A stretch of DNA of 58,522 bases, taken from positions 1-58,522 of the forward strand of contig JAZRFQ010000011.1 in the NCBI GenBank assembly GCA_045643725.1. The letters run 5' to 3'. The notes below the pieces were generated by a model that searched no databases, was not told the origin of the DNA, and saw only the letters and a program-made list of their open reading frames with translations. This document shows positions 8,598-17,914 of this stretch, piece after piece (the stretch's first letter is position 1; each line of letters opens with the position of its first letter). The DNA comes from Eubacteriales bacterium. GTDB taxonomy: Bacteria > Bacillota > Clostridia > Oscillospirales > CAG-272. A program made the position numbers and the translations under genes.

Positions 8598-9029
8598 ATG
8601 GCAATCAAGCAATTAACAGTATTCATACAGAATAAAAAGGGTACCGTTGTTTCGGTCACCGAGATCCTCGCGAAAAATAATATAAACTTGCGCGCTCTTT
8701 CCATCGCGGAGACGCAAGACTTTGGAATTCTTCGTCTGATTGTAAACGATGAGGCTGCAGCAGAAAAAGTTCTCAGAGAAAACGGATATCTTATCAAGGT
8801 CATCGATGTTGTGGGTGTCAAGATCGGCGACGCCCCCGGCAAGCTCACAGCTGCCCTCGACGTTCTTGATAAAGCAAACATCAACGTTGAGTATCTCTAT
8901 GCATTTATGGCGCGCACCGAGAAGCACGCTTACGTCGTTCTTCGCGTAGAGGATAACGCGGAAGCAGAGAGTGTTCTCATCTCCGCCGGCTTCAAGATGA
9001 TCAGCGAGGCTGACATCAATAAGCTTTAA
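8598..9029 (+). CDS. Tandem ACT-domain protein
   Basis: 143 aa, paralog of 2573..3010: QLTVFIQNKKG..NLRALSIAETQDFGILRLIV..NVEYLYAF. Confidence 0.9.
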   Translation: MAIKQLTVFIQNKKGTVVSVTEILAKNNINLRALSIAETQDFGILRLIVNDEAAAEKVLRENGYLIKVIDVVGVKIGDAPGKLTAALDVLDKANINVEYLYAFMARTEKHAYVVLRVEDNAEAESVLISAGFKMISEADINKL

Positions 9030-9051
9030 TATTCAAATTCTTCGATATAAA

Positions 9052-9082
9052 GCTCCCGAACAGTTGCGTTTGGGAGCCTTTT
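9052..9082 (+). terminator. Intrinsic terminator
   Basis: GCTCCCGAAC / GTTTGGGAGC stem plus T run. Confidence 0.75.
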
Positions 9083-9147
9083 GTTTGTGTCGCTCATCTC
9101 GCCTTCAGATATATTTTCTTTTATAGCCTAAATTTTCCGCAATTTAC

Positions 9148-9176
9148 TTGACTTTAACGCGCGCATAGTTTATAAT
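9148..9176 (+). promoter_or_regulatory. Sigma-A promoter of the sugar oxidoreductase/isomerase operon
   Basis: TTGACT-17 bp-TATAAT. Confidence 0.7.
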
Positions 9177-9211
9177 TAGAAAGTAAATATTTATTTTAAG
9201 GAGATCTTCAA

Positions 9212-10015
9212 ATGAAAGAATTTGGACTTCAGGTTTATTCTGTTCGTGACCACCTTGACACCAAGGAGAATCTTGCAGCAACCTTTAAGGAGCTCGCAGC
9301 TATGGGATATTCGAGCATTCACTCTGCTGTTATCCACCACTATCCTGCGGAGTTTTTGAAGCAGGCTGCTGATGAGGCGGGACTTATCTTCTGCGGTACT
9401 CACTATCCTTGGGACAGAGTTCTCAACGACGTTGAGCTTACCATAGCAGAGCATGAGATACTTGGTACCAAGAACATCGGTATCGGCGGTATGCCCCCCG
9501 AGGCAAGAAACGACCTTGCAGGTCTTAACAAGTTCATTGACGAGTTCAATGCAGCTGTAGAAATTTATTCTGCTCGCGGCTTCAAGCTTACCTATCACAA
9601 CCACTCCTTCGAGTTCAGAAGACTCGAGGACGGCAGAACTCTCTTCGATCACCTTATGGAGAGATTCGATCCCGAGAAGGTCTCCTTCGTTCTTGATACA
9701 TATTGGTGTCAGCACGCAGGCATCGACGTAAGAGCTATGATCGAGAAGCTTGCAGGCAGAATCGACATCCTTCACCTCAAGGATATGGAGGCTGCTTATA
9801 ACTTCAAGCTCGAGGACGGCGCGACTCTTACCGCTCCCCGTATTACCGAGGTTGGTAACGGCAACATCAACTTCAAGGACATCATTCCCCTCGCAGAGAA
9901 GTGCGGCGTTAAGTACTTCGTGGTTGAGGATGACAGAGCACCTATGACCGGCGACTCTATGGGCGCAGTTAAGAAGTCCGCAGACTACATCAAGGCTAAC
10001 CTTCTCGAGAAGTAA
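9212..10015 (+). CDS. Sugar phosphate isomerase/epimerase family TIM-barrel protein (AP_endonuc_2)
   Basis: GLQVYSVRD, YHNHSFEF, LDTYW, HLKD, VGNGNINF, VVEDD. Confidence 0.88.
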   Translation: MKEFGLQVYSVRDHLDTKENLAATFKELAAMGYSSIHSAVIHHYPAEFLKQAADEAGLIFCGTHYPWDRVLNDVELTIAEHEILGTKNIGIGGMPPEARNDLAGLNKFIDEFNAAVEIYSARGFKLTYHNHSFEFRRLEDGRTLFDHLMERFDPEKVSFVLDTYWCQHAGIDVRAMIEKLAGRIDILHLKDMEAAYNFKLEDGATLTAPRITEVGNGNINFKDIIPLAEKCGVKYFVVEDDRAPMTGDSMGAVKKSADYIKANLLEK

Positions 10016-10024
10016 TAAATAATC

Positions 10025-10057
10025 AAAAGACTATCCATTTTACGTGGGTAGTCTTTT
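10025..10057 (+). terminator. Intergenic hairpin (terminator or mRNA stabiliser)
   Basis: AAAAGACTATCCA / TGGGTAGTCTTTT inverted repeat. Confidence 0.6.
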
Positions 10058-10081
10058 AACCATAATTTCAAGGAGATAAAT

Positions 10082-11152
10082 ATGGGCAGAACTCACGTTG
10101 TTGCCGTGATCGGATGCGGCAGAATCGCCAAGCTCGCGCACTTTCCGGCACTCTCTAAAATGGATGGAGTACGCATCAAGTACGCCTGTGATATAATTCC
10201 CGAGAAGGCCGAGAAGGCGAAAGCAAAGTACCCCGAACTTATCGAGAACGTCATTACAGATTACAATATCGCTCTCGCAGATCCCGAGGTTGAGTCGGTG
10301 TTCGTTCTCACCCCCAACTTCGCTCACTATACTATAACGATGGACGCACTCCGCGCAGGTAAGCACGTTATGTGCGAGAAGCCGATTACAGTCAACTACG
10401 ACCTCTCTCTCGAAATGGCAGAGGAGGCCGACAAGCAGGGAAAGATCCTCAATATCGGCGTTTGTAACCGATATAACGCGGTAGTTGAGCGCCTTGCCGA
10501 GATGTATAAAAACGGCGACTTCGGCAACGTCTATCACGTATATTGCTCCTTTAGAAGCTTCAGATCTATTCCGGGACTTGGCGGCGATTTTACAACCAAG
10601 TCGCAGTCGGGCGGAGGTGTTCTCATAGATTGGGGTGTACACTATCTTGATCTTATACTCTATATCCTCGGCTCGCCGAAAATCAAGAACGTGACCTGCG
10701 ACGCCTACTCCGAGATGGCAAAGGATATGCAGTCCTACAAATACGCTGAAATGTGGGCAGAGGACACTAAGGATACCGAGTGCGGCACCAACGACGTTGA
10801 TGATTTTATCAGCGGATACGTCAGAACCGATACGGCATCCATCTCCTTTAACGGCGCTTGGGCCCAGAATATTGATTCCAAAGACCGATTCATCGATTTT
10901 CTCGGTGATAGGGGCGGTGCAAGACTCACGTATTGCGGTCAGTTCACTTTCACGAACGGCGAAACGCTCGAGAGCTATACGTCGGAGATCGACATTCCCG
11001 ATATGTATCTCTGCGAGGACAGAGATTTCCTTGAATGTGCCGCGAGAGGCGAGAAGAATCGCAACAACATCGACAACATACTTGAGAGTATGAAGCTCCT
11101 CGACAGACTTTATAAGTCTGCCGACGTAAGAAAAGAAATTGAGGTACAGTAA
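10082..11152 (+). CDS. Gfo/Idh/MocA family NAD(P)-dependent oxidoreductase
   Basis: IGCGRIA, TPNFAH, GKHVMCEKP, GGGVLIDWGVHYLD. Confidence 0.92.
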   Translation: MGRTHVVAVIGCGRIAKLAHFPALSKMDGVRIKYACDIIPEKAEKAKAKYPELIENVITDYNIALADPEVESVFVLTPNFAHYTITMDALRAGKHVMCEKPITVNYDLSLEMAEEADKQGKILNIGVCNRYNAVVERLAEMYKNGDFGNVYHVYCSFRSFRSIPGLGGDFTTKSQSGGGVLIDWGVHYLDLILYILGSPKIKNVTCDAYSEMAKDMQSYKYAEMWAEDTKDTECGTNDVDDFISGYVRTDTASISFNGAWAQNIDSKDRFIDFLGDRGGARLTYCGQFTFTNGETLESYTSEIDIPDMYLCEDRDFLECAARGEKNRNNIDNILESMKLLDRLYKSADVRKEIEVQ

Positions 11153-11153
11153 A

Positions 11154-11981
11154 ATGATGAAGATCGGCTTTATCGATTTCTATATGAGTGAATATCACTC
11201 CAATAATTATCCCGCCTGGATTCGTGAGGCCTCCGAGAAGCTCGGTATCGAGTGCGAGGTCGCTTACGCTTGGGCAGAGCAGGATGTTTCTCCCCGCGAC
11301 AATATGACTACTGATGAGTGGTGCGAGAAGTATGGCGTTCAGCGTTGCAATTCTATCAAGGAGGTCTGCGAGCTTTCTGATTTCGTCTTCATTTTAGCAC
11401 CCGCAGATCCCGATAAGCATCTCCCCTATGCAAAGGAGGCCTTCAAATACTGCAAGCGCCTTTACATAGATAAGACCTTCGCGCCAAATCCTACCGAGGC
11501 TGAGGAGATCTTCGCACTTGCAAAGGAGTACGGCGTAGAGTTCTTCAGCACCTCGGCTCTTCGATATGCTACCGAGCTCGATGAGTACAAGGGCGTAAAA
11601 ACGCTTACCACCACCGGCAACGGCAATAAGCTTGACGTGTATATTATTCACCAGATCGAGATGATAGTAAAGCTTCTCGGAACGGGCGCAGAGAGCGTCT
11701 CCTGCCACATGGACGGCGAGACTCACGTCTTCGATATTTCTTACGATGACGACAGACACGCGGTTATGAATTTCCACGCAAAGCTCGGTCATAGCGTAGA
11801 ATCCGACGGCAGAAAAACCGCTATCACCAGCCCCTTCTTCAAGGCCCTCGTGGTCGATGTGTTGAGATTCGCAAACGGTGGCGAGAAGAGCTTCTGTAGC
11901 TGTCAGACGATGGAAGCTATCAAGTTGATGACCGCCGCGCTCGCCGCATCCAAAAACCTCGAAACTGAAATTCCTGTATAA
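11154..11981 (+). CDS. Divergent Gfo/Idh/MocA-like protein
   Basis: KIGFID..YHSN, HLPYA, YIDKTF (variant of EKP), FSTSALRY, YIIHQIEM. Confidence 0.65.
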   Translation: MMKIGFIDFYMSEYHSNNYPAWIREASEKLGIECEVAYAWAEQDVSPRDNMTTDEWCEKYGVQRCNSIKEVCELSDFVFILAPADPDKHLPYAKEAFKYCKRLYIDKTFAPNPTEAEEIFALAKEYGVEFFSTSALRYATELDEYKGVKTLTTTGNGNKLDVYIIHQIEMIVKLLGTGAESVSCHMDGETHVFDISYDDDRHAVMNFHAKLGHSVESDGRKTAITSPFFKALVVDVLRFANGGEKSFCSCQTMEAIKLMTAALAASKNLETEIPV

Positions 11982-11997
11982 AATACAAGGCAGAACT

Positions 11998-12846
11998 ATG
12001 AAGCTTGGCGTAATTACAGATTGCTTTAAGAAGAACTTTCGCGATAGCGTAGCTCTCGCTTCTACCCTCGGTTTTGACGGGGTGCAGGTTTATGCTACTA
12101 CCGGTGATTTCTCCCCGACGTCGCTTTCGGCGAGTGATATAAACGAATATCGCGAGCATCTTAAATTGAACGGACTCTCCATCAGCGCGCTATGCGGTGA
12201 CATGGGCGGCCACGGATTCGAGATAGGCGCAGATAATCCCGATAGGATAGAGAAAACCAAGCGCATTATCGACCTCGCGGTAGCTTTTGATACGAAGGTC
12301 ATCACCACACACATCGGTGTTATTCCTGCCAACAAGGATTCGGATAAATACAAGGTTATGCTCGCGGCACTTACCGAGTGCGGTAAATACGCTTCGGCAC
12401 ACGGTGTTACGCTCGCTATCGAAACCGGTCCCGAGATGGCAGACGTTCTTTGTGATTTCGTTACCGCGGCAGGCGACGGCGTAGGCGTAAATCTCGATCC
12501 AGCGAATTTTGTTATGGTGACGGGGCAGGATCCCGCGGCGGCAGTAAGACTTCTCGGCAAGAAGATCGTACATACCCACCTCAAGGACGGAAAAATGCTC
12601 AAGAAGACCGATCCCGCGGTCATCTATAACTACTTCGCAGAGGGCGGAATCGAGGCGCTTAACATTGCCGATTTCTTCATCGAAACTCCTGTTGGCGAGG
12701 GCGACGTAAATTGGGCAGACTATATTTTGGCACTCCGTGAGATCGGATATGGCGGATACCTCACCATCGAGCGCGAAACAGGTGCCGATCCCATCGCCGA
12801 TATAAAAAAGGCCGCCGACTTTGTCAGAGAAAACGGCTATCTCTAA
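11998..12846 (+). CDS. Sugar phosphate isomerase/epimerase family TIM-barrel protein
   Basis: TTHIG, AIETGPE, NLDPAN, HTHLKD, GEGDV, TIERE. Confidence 0.88.
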   Translation: MKLGVITDCFKKNFRDSVALASTLGFDGVQVYATTGDFSPTSLSASDINEYREHLKLNGLSISALCGDMGGHGFEIGADNPDRIEKTKRIIDLAVAFDTKVITTHIGVIPANKDSDKYKVMLAALTECGKYASAHGVTLAIETGPEMADVLCDFVTAAGDGVGVNLDPANFVMVTGQDPAAAVRLLGKKIVHTHLKDGKMLKKTDPAVIYNYFAEGGIEALNIADFFIETPVGEGDVNWADYILALREIGYGGYLTIERETGADPIADIKKAADFVRENGYL

Positions 12847-12862
12847 TCGAAAGGGAACACGT

Positions 12863-13720
12863 ATGAAATTAGGCGTTTCAAGCTATAGCTTCAGAAAATA
12901 CATTTTGAGTGAGAAGTGCGACTATCTCAAGATATGCGATCTTGCAAAGGAGATCGGCTTCGACGGTATAGAGTTTATCAATCTCGATGAGCGCGAGTTC
13001 GGCATCACTACCGATTGCCTTGCCACCGCAAAGGAGATCAGAGCACGCTGTGAAAAGATTGGTCTCGAGATTATAGCCTATACCGTAGGCGCAAATCTTC
13101 TTGCAGACGATATTGACGCGATGGTCAAGTACCTCTTCGACTGCGTCGATGTGACCGAGGCTCTCGGCGCGAAGGTTATGCGCCACGACGTATGCTCGGC
13201 ACTCCCCAAGAATCATCTTTACAACTACAAGGATGCTATCGCGGATATGGTGCCCCATATTCGTCGCGTTACCGAATACGCCGCTAGCAAGGGTATCAAG
13301 ACCTGCACAGAGAACCACGGCAAGATCTTCCAGGCACCCGAACGCGTCGAGGAGCTTATCCGCGCCGTTGATCGCGAGAACTATGGCTGGCTCGTTGATA
13401 TGGGTAACTTCATCTGTGTCGATGCAGATCCCGTTCACTCGGTTACACTTGCCGCGCCTTATGCCTTCCACGTTCATGCAAAGGACTTCTTGCTCCGAAG
13501 TGGCGAGCTCATCAAGCCCCAGGGCTTCAGCTCTACAGCCGGCGGCAACTACTTCCGTGGTACGATCGTAGGACACGGCGCAATTCCGGTTACCACCTGC
13601 GTGAAAATACTGAAGGCCTCGGGTTACAACGGATGGATCTCGCTTGAGTTTGAGGGCATGGAGGAGTGCATTCCCGCACTTAAATCAGGTCTCGATTACC
13701 TAAAGAGAGTAACAGAATAA
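12863..13720 (+). CDS. Sugar phosphate isomerase/epimerase family TIM-barrel protein
   Basis: LGVSSYSF, MRHD, ENHG, DMGNF, HVHAKD, GHGAI, SLEFEG. Confidence 0.88.
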   Translation: MKLGVSSYSFRKYILSEKCDYLKICDLAKEIGFDGIEFINLDEREFGITTDCLATAKEIRARCEKIGLEIIAYTVGANLLADDIDAMVKYLFDCVDVTEALGAKVMRHDVCSALPKNHLYNYKDAIADMVPHIRRVTEYAASKGIKTCTENHGKIFQAPERVEELIRAVDRENYGWLVDMGNFICVDADPVHSVTLAAPYAFHVHAKDFLLRSGELIKPQGFSSTAGGNYFRGTIVGHGAIPVTTCVKILKASGYNGWISLEFEGMEECIPALKSGLDYLKRVTE

Positions 13721-13727
13721 AATCAGC

Positions 13728-13761
13728 GAAGCGGAGATGTGAGTTTCTCCGCTTCTTTTTT
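13728..13761 (+). terminator. Intrinsic terminator
   Basis: GAAGCGGAGA / TCTCCGCTTC stem plus TTTTTT. Confidence 0.85.
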
Positions 13762-13886
13762 ATCGAAAATCCTCATTGTTGTCATTAAATCCCATAAATA
13801 AAAATAAAATTTATAAAGTATATTTGTTTTAAACTATTGTAAAAATTGCTCGCGTGTGATATACTATAATGAATGAGGTGTGCGAT

Positions 13887-14687
13887 ATGACGAATTCAGG
13901 CTATCAAGATAAAAACAGAATAGCTTTCTCCTTCGATTCGACAGAAGCTGATGCACAAGCGCAAGTTTTCAATCATTGTCGCGATACCTATAATTTGATT
14001 TTTGTTGTTAACGGAAGCGGCAGGTGCGTACTCGAGGGCAGAGAATATCCTCTCACCACGGGAAGCGTTATAATATCGAGGCCGCTTGAATATTACTATA
14101 TTGAATCCGATCTCGATTCTCGCTTTGATCGATATAACATTGAGTTTTCGTCGCAGGATCTTACCGATTCTGCTCTTGAGATGCTCGAGAGGGTGGTAGA
14201 TAACTCTAGATGCCTTCGCTTTCCGGGGGAATCGTATGACGCGGCCCTTTCGGCGTTCGAGCGTTTTAGTTCTGCCGCGCGTCTCTTTGATTTTGGTGTA
14301 GAGACATATTGTCGCACGCTTTTATCCGAGATCATATGCTTGATCTCAATAGCGCAAGCCGCGCCGTCGATTACCAATGAGGGCGAGCTCGGCTTCAAGG
14401 CAATAAAGTACGTTGACGAGTATCTAACTCGCGACTTAACGCTCGAGTTTTTATCAAAGAAGTTTTTCGTCAGCAAGTATTACTTGTGCCGTGCCTTTAA
14501 GAAGCATAACGGCATTTCGATTCACGGCTACATCGTATACAAGCGTATCATGTTAGCAAAACAGTTGATAGAGAGCGGTGCTCGTGCGGTCGCCGCCGCA
14601 AAGCAGGTCGGCTTCCGCGATTATTCGGCGTTCTACCGCGCCTTTGTCAGGATAATCGGCAGACCGCCATTTTTAACCCGTATGTGA
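13887..14687 (+). CDS. AraC family transcriptional regulator
   Basis: N-terminal cupin-like region and C-terminal double HTH (SKYYLCRAFKK..VGFRDYSAFYRAF). ATG 13887 follows GAGGTG; alternative start 13869. Confidence 0.88.
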   Translation: MTNSGYQDKNRIAFSFDSTEADAQAQVFNHCRDTYNLIFVVNGSGRCVLEGREYPLTTGSVIISRPLEYYYIESDLDSRFDRYNIEFSSQDLTDSALEMLERVVDNSRCLRFPGESYDAALSAFERFSSAARLFDFGVETYCRTLLSEIICLISIAQAAPSITNEGELGFKAIKYVDEYLTRDLTLEFLSKKFFVSKYYLCRAFKKHNGISIHGYIVYKRIMLAKQLIESGARAVAAAKQVGFRDYSAFYRAFVRIIGRPPFLTRM

Positions 14688-14700
14688 TGGGAGATAGTTT

Positions 14701-16467
14701 ATGGAATACAGAATTTTGAATAATATAAATTCGCCCGAGGATCTGAAAGCGATTCCGGATGCTGACGTAGCCAATCTCTGCGATGAAATCAGAGCCTTTC
14801 TCGTTGAAAAGGTAGAGGCGAGTGGCGGTCATCTTGCTTCCAACCTCGGCGTGACCGAGCTTTCTGTGGCATTGCATCGCGTTTTCGATTCGCCGAGAGA
14901 TCACGTCATCTTTGACATCGGCCATCAGTCCTACGTACACAAGATTCTCACAGGTCGCAAGGGGAGATTTGACGATCTTCGCACACCGGGAGGTCTTTCA
15001 GGCTTCACCCTGATGCGTGAGAGTGAGCACGATGCATTCGGCTCAGGTCATAGCTCGACCTCGATCTCCGCGGCTCTCGGTTATGCCGAGGCGGCGGTGC
15101 TTAACGGTACTGATGAGCATACAGTATGCGTCATCGGAGACGGTGCTTTTACGGGCGGAATGGTTCACGAGGCGCTTAATAATTGCCGCTCGGATTTGAA
15201 GCTTGTTATCGTTCTGAATGAGAACGGTATGGCTATTTCGGGTAACAGAGGCGCTTATGCAGAATGCTTCTCGCAGATAGATTCGAAGAGAGAATGCAAT
15301 CGCCGCCACTATTTCGAGTGTCTCGGCTTGTCTTATATCGGACCCATCGACGGCAATGATTATCAGGCGGTTGCCACAGCACTTGAGGAGGCGAGAAATT
15401 CAGGCAAGTGCACGGTAGTCCATATAAGAACTGTAAAAGGCAAGGGATTTGCTCCTGCAGAGAGCTCGCCTACAGAGTTCCATAGCATCAGGAATGCTAA
15501 CGAAGAAGGCAAGACCTTCCATAACGTTTTGGCCGACAGATTAATAGAGAGGGCAAAAGTTGATGAGAAGATCGTGGCGGTAACTGCGGCTATGGGCGTA
15601 GGAACCGGTCTTGAAGCCTTTGGTGAAAGCTTCCCCAAGCGTTACTTCGACGTCGGAATTGCGGAAGCGCACGCGCTTACTTTTTCTGCAGGCTTCGCGG
15701 CCGCAGGCTATAAGCCTCACGTTGCGATCTACTCCACATTCCTTCAGCGCGGATACGATAATATAGTTCACGATATTGCTTTGCAAAATCTTCCCGTACG
15801 TATTATGATAGATAGAGCGGGTCTCGCGGTGGCAGACGGCGCAACGCATCACGGTATTTTCGACGTTGCGTTCTTGTCACACATTCCCGAGGTAGAGCTT
15901 TATGCTCCCGCATCCTTTAGCGCTCTTGCGCGCTTAATTGATTGTGATAACTCCGCAAAGCCCGTGGCAATCAGATATCCCAACGCCTCCGAGCTTGATT
16001 TCGTTGATAGAGTGTTCGGTGAGATCCCCGATGGGCAGATGCCGCTCGTCAGAGCCGATTTTGCAATCGGCACCGCAAAGCAGCTCGTCTTCATTACCTA
16101 CGGCAATATTCTCGCCGAGGTTTATAAGGCAAAGAGCGTCCTTTCCGCTCGCGGAATCGATGTCGGAATCATACTGGTAGAGAAGATTAAGCCCTACGCC
16201 GAGCCTTGCAGTCGAATTTACGATCTTATATCCTCCGCAGATCACGTGATCTACGTGGAAGAGGGGATCAAGAATGGCGGCGCGGCTATGATAACCGGTA
16301 ACACGCTTTGCGAAATGGGCTTTGATACAAGCAAAGCGACCTACGATATTATAGCAATCGATGATAATTTTGCAGCTCCGGAGGAGCCTACCGATATCTA
16401 TGATTACGCAGGCCTCTCGTCCGAGAAAATACTCGCCAAATGCGAGGAGATCATCGCCCGCACTTAA
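14701..16467 (+). CDS. dxs: 1-deoxy-D-xylulose-5-phosphate synthase
   Basis: GGHLASNLG, DIGHQSY, GHSSTSIS, GDGAFTGG, DVGIAEAHA, YSTFLQR, DRAG, DGATHHG. Confidence 0.93.
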   Translation: MEYRILNNINSPEDLKAIPDADVANLCDEIRAFLVEKVEASGGHLASNLGVTELSVALHRVFDSPRDHVIFDIGHQSYVHKILTGRKGRFDDLRTPGGLSGFTLMRESEHDAFGSGHSSTSISAALGYAEAAVLNGTDEHTVCVIGDGAFTGGMVHEALNNCRSDLKLVIVLNENGMAISGNRGAYAECFSQIDSKRECNRRHYFECLGLSYIGPIDGNDYQAVATALEEARNSGKCTVVHIRTVKGKGFAPAESSPTEFHSIRNANEEGKTFHNVLADRLIERAKVDEKIVAVTAAMGVGTGLEAFGESFPKRYFDVGIAEAHALTFSAGFAAAGYKPHVAIYSTFLQRGYDNIVHDIALQNLPVRIMIDRAGLAVADGATHHGIFDVAFLSHIPEVELYAPASFSALARLIDCDNSAKPVAIRYPNASELDFVDRVFGEIPDGQMPLVRADFAIGTAKQLVFITYGNILAEVYKAKSVLSARGIDVGIILVEKIKPYAEPCSRIYDLISSADHVIYVEEGIKNGGAAMITGNTLCEMGFDTSKATYDIIAIDDNFAAPEEPTDIYDYAGLSSEKILAKCEEIIART

Positions 16468-16514
16468 AAAGACCTTTAACTTATATAGTATTGGCATACG
16501 CTGAAGGGAGACTC

Positions 16515-17894
16515 ATGAGCATTCGTTCTTATCCGTCGGTTGTCGACGGTAGTGCTTGCACTTATATCAAAAATGTGAATAGTATTGAGCCTCGCTCGGC
16601 TTGTGTTCTTACCTTTGGATGTCAGCAGAATGAAGCTGACAGTGAGCGTATCAGAGGCATCCTCTCCGAGCTTGGCTTCGGATTTGAGGATGATTATACC
16701 GCCGCTGACCTTGTTATATTTAACACTTGCGCTATCCGCGCACACGCAGAGGATAAGGTTTTCTCGCTTCTTGGCAACTTGAAGGCGCGCAAGAAAGTAA
16801 ACGATAAGCTTATAGTCGGCGTTATGGGGTGTATGGCGGCGGAATCTGGTACGGTCGAGAGACTTAAAACGAAATTCCATTATGTAGATTTCACCCTTGA
16901 GCCTAATAGCATAGACCTGCTTCCCAAGCTGATCTTTGAGGCCATGTCGGACGGTCGCCGCAGATTTGCACTCGGTATTGATCGCGGTGATATTACCGAG
17001 GATGTTCCCGTGATTAGAAGAGACAGCTACAGAGCCTGGGTATCGGTAATGTATGGATGTAATAACTTTTGCACATACTGTATCGTACCCTATGTACGCG
17101 GAAGAGAGCGTAGTCGCGCAAGCGCCGACGTTCTACGCGAATGCCGTGAGCTCGTTGCCTCGGGAGTTAAGGAGATCACGCTCCTTGGTCAGAACGTCAA
17201 CTCATACAGATCCGACCTGACGTTTGCAGAGCTGATATCCGAGATAGCCGAGATTCCGGGAGATTTCGTAATACGCTTTATGACCAGTCACCCGAAGGAT
17301 GTCTCTGACGAGCTCGTTGCGGCAATGGCGAAGTACAGCGGCAAGATAGCGCCATATTTCCACCTACCGCTACAGTCGGGAAGCGACAAGATCCTTCGCG
17401 CCATGAATCGCACCTACGATAGAGAGAAGTTTCTCTCTACGGTGGACAGGCTTAGGAGAGCCGTGCCCGATATTGTCCTTTCTACCGACGTGATCGTTGG
17501 ATTTCCCGGGGAGAGCGAGGAGGACTTTCTCGATACTCTCGATATTCTCAAGCGCGTTCGCTTTGACGCCCTTTACGGCTTCATGTATTCGGAGCGAGAG
17601 GGAACTCGCGCCGCTACCTTTGACGGAAGCGTAGAGAAGAGCGTACGTAGCGAAAGACTCGCACGCCTTTTCGAGACTCAAGAGCCGATTTCGTTCGCGA
17701 TGAGTGAACGCTTTGTCGGTCGCGATCTCGACGTTCTCGTCTATTCCGTGTCGGAGGATGGTATCGCCAGCGCTACCGCGGTATGCGGCAGACTTGTGCG
17801 CTTTAAGGCACACGGCATTGCAGAAGGCGATAATGCCACGGTACACATTACAGGTGCAAGCTCGTATGAGCTCACCGGAGAAATAAGAAAATAA
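16515..17894 (+). CDS. miaB: tRNA-2-methylthio-N6-dimethylallyladenosine synthase
   Basis: TFGCQQNEADSE, NTCAIR, radical SAM GCNNFCTYCIVP, HLPLQSGS, C-terminal TRAM-like region. Confidence 0.93.
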   Translation: MSIRSYPSVVDGSACTYIKNVNSIEPRSACVLTFGCQQNEADSERIRGILSELGFGFEDDYTAADLVIFNTCAIRAHAEDKVFSLLGNLKARKKVNDKLIVGVMGCMAAESGTVERLKTKFHYVDFTLEPNSIDLLPKLIFEAMSDGRRRFALGIDRGDITEDVPVIRRDSYRAWVSVMYGCNNFCTYCIVPYVRGRERSRASADVLRECRELVASGVKEITLLGQNVNSYRSDLTFAELISEIAEIPGDFVIRFMTSHPKDVSDELVAAMAKYSGKIAPYFHLPLQSGSDKILRAMNRTYDREKFLSTVDRLRRAVPDIVLSTDVIVGFPGESEEDFLDTLDILKRVRFDALYGFMYSEREGTRAATFDGSVEKSVRSERLARLFETQEPISFAMSERFVGRDLDVLVYSVSEDGIASATAVCGRLVRFKAHGIAEGDNATVHITGASSYELTGEIRK

Positions 17895-17914
17895 AATTTC
17901 AGGAGATATAAAAA

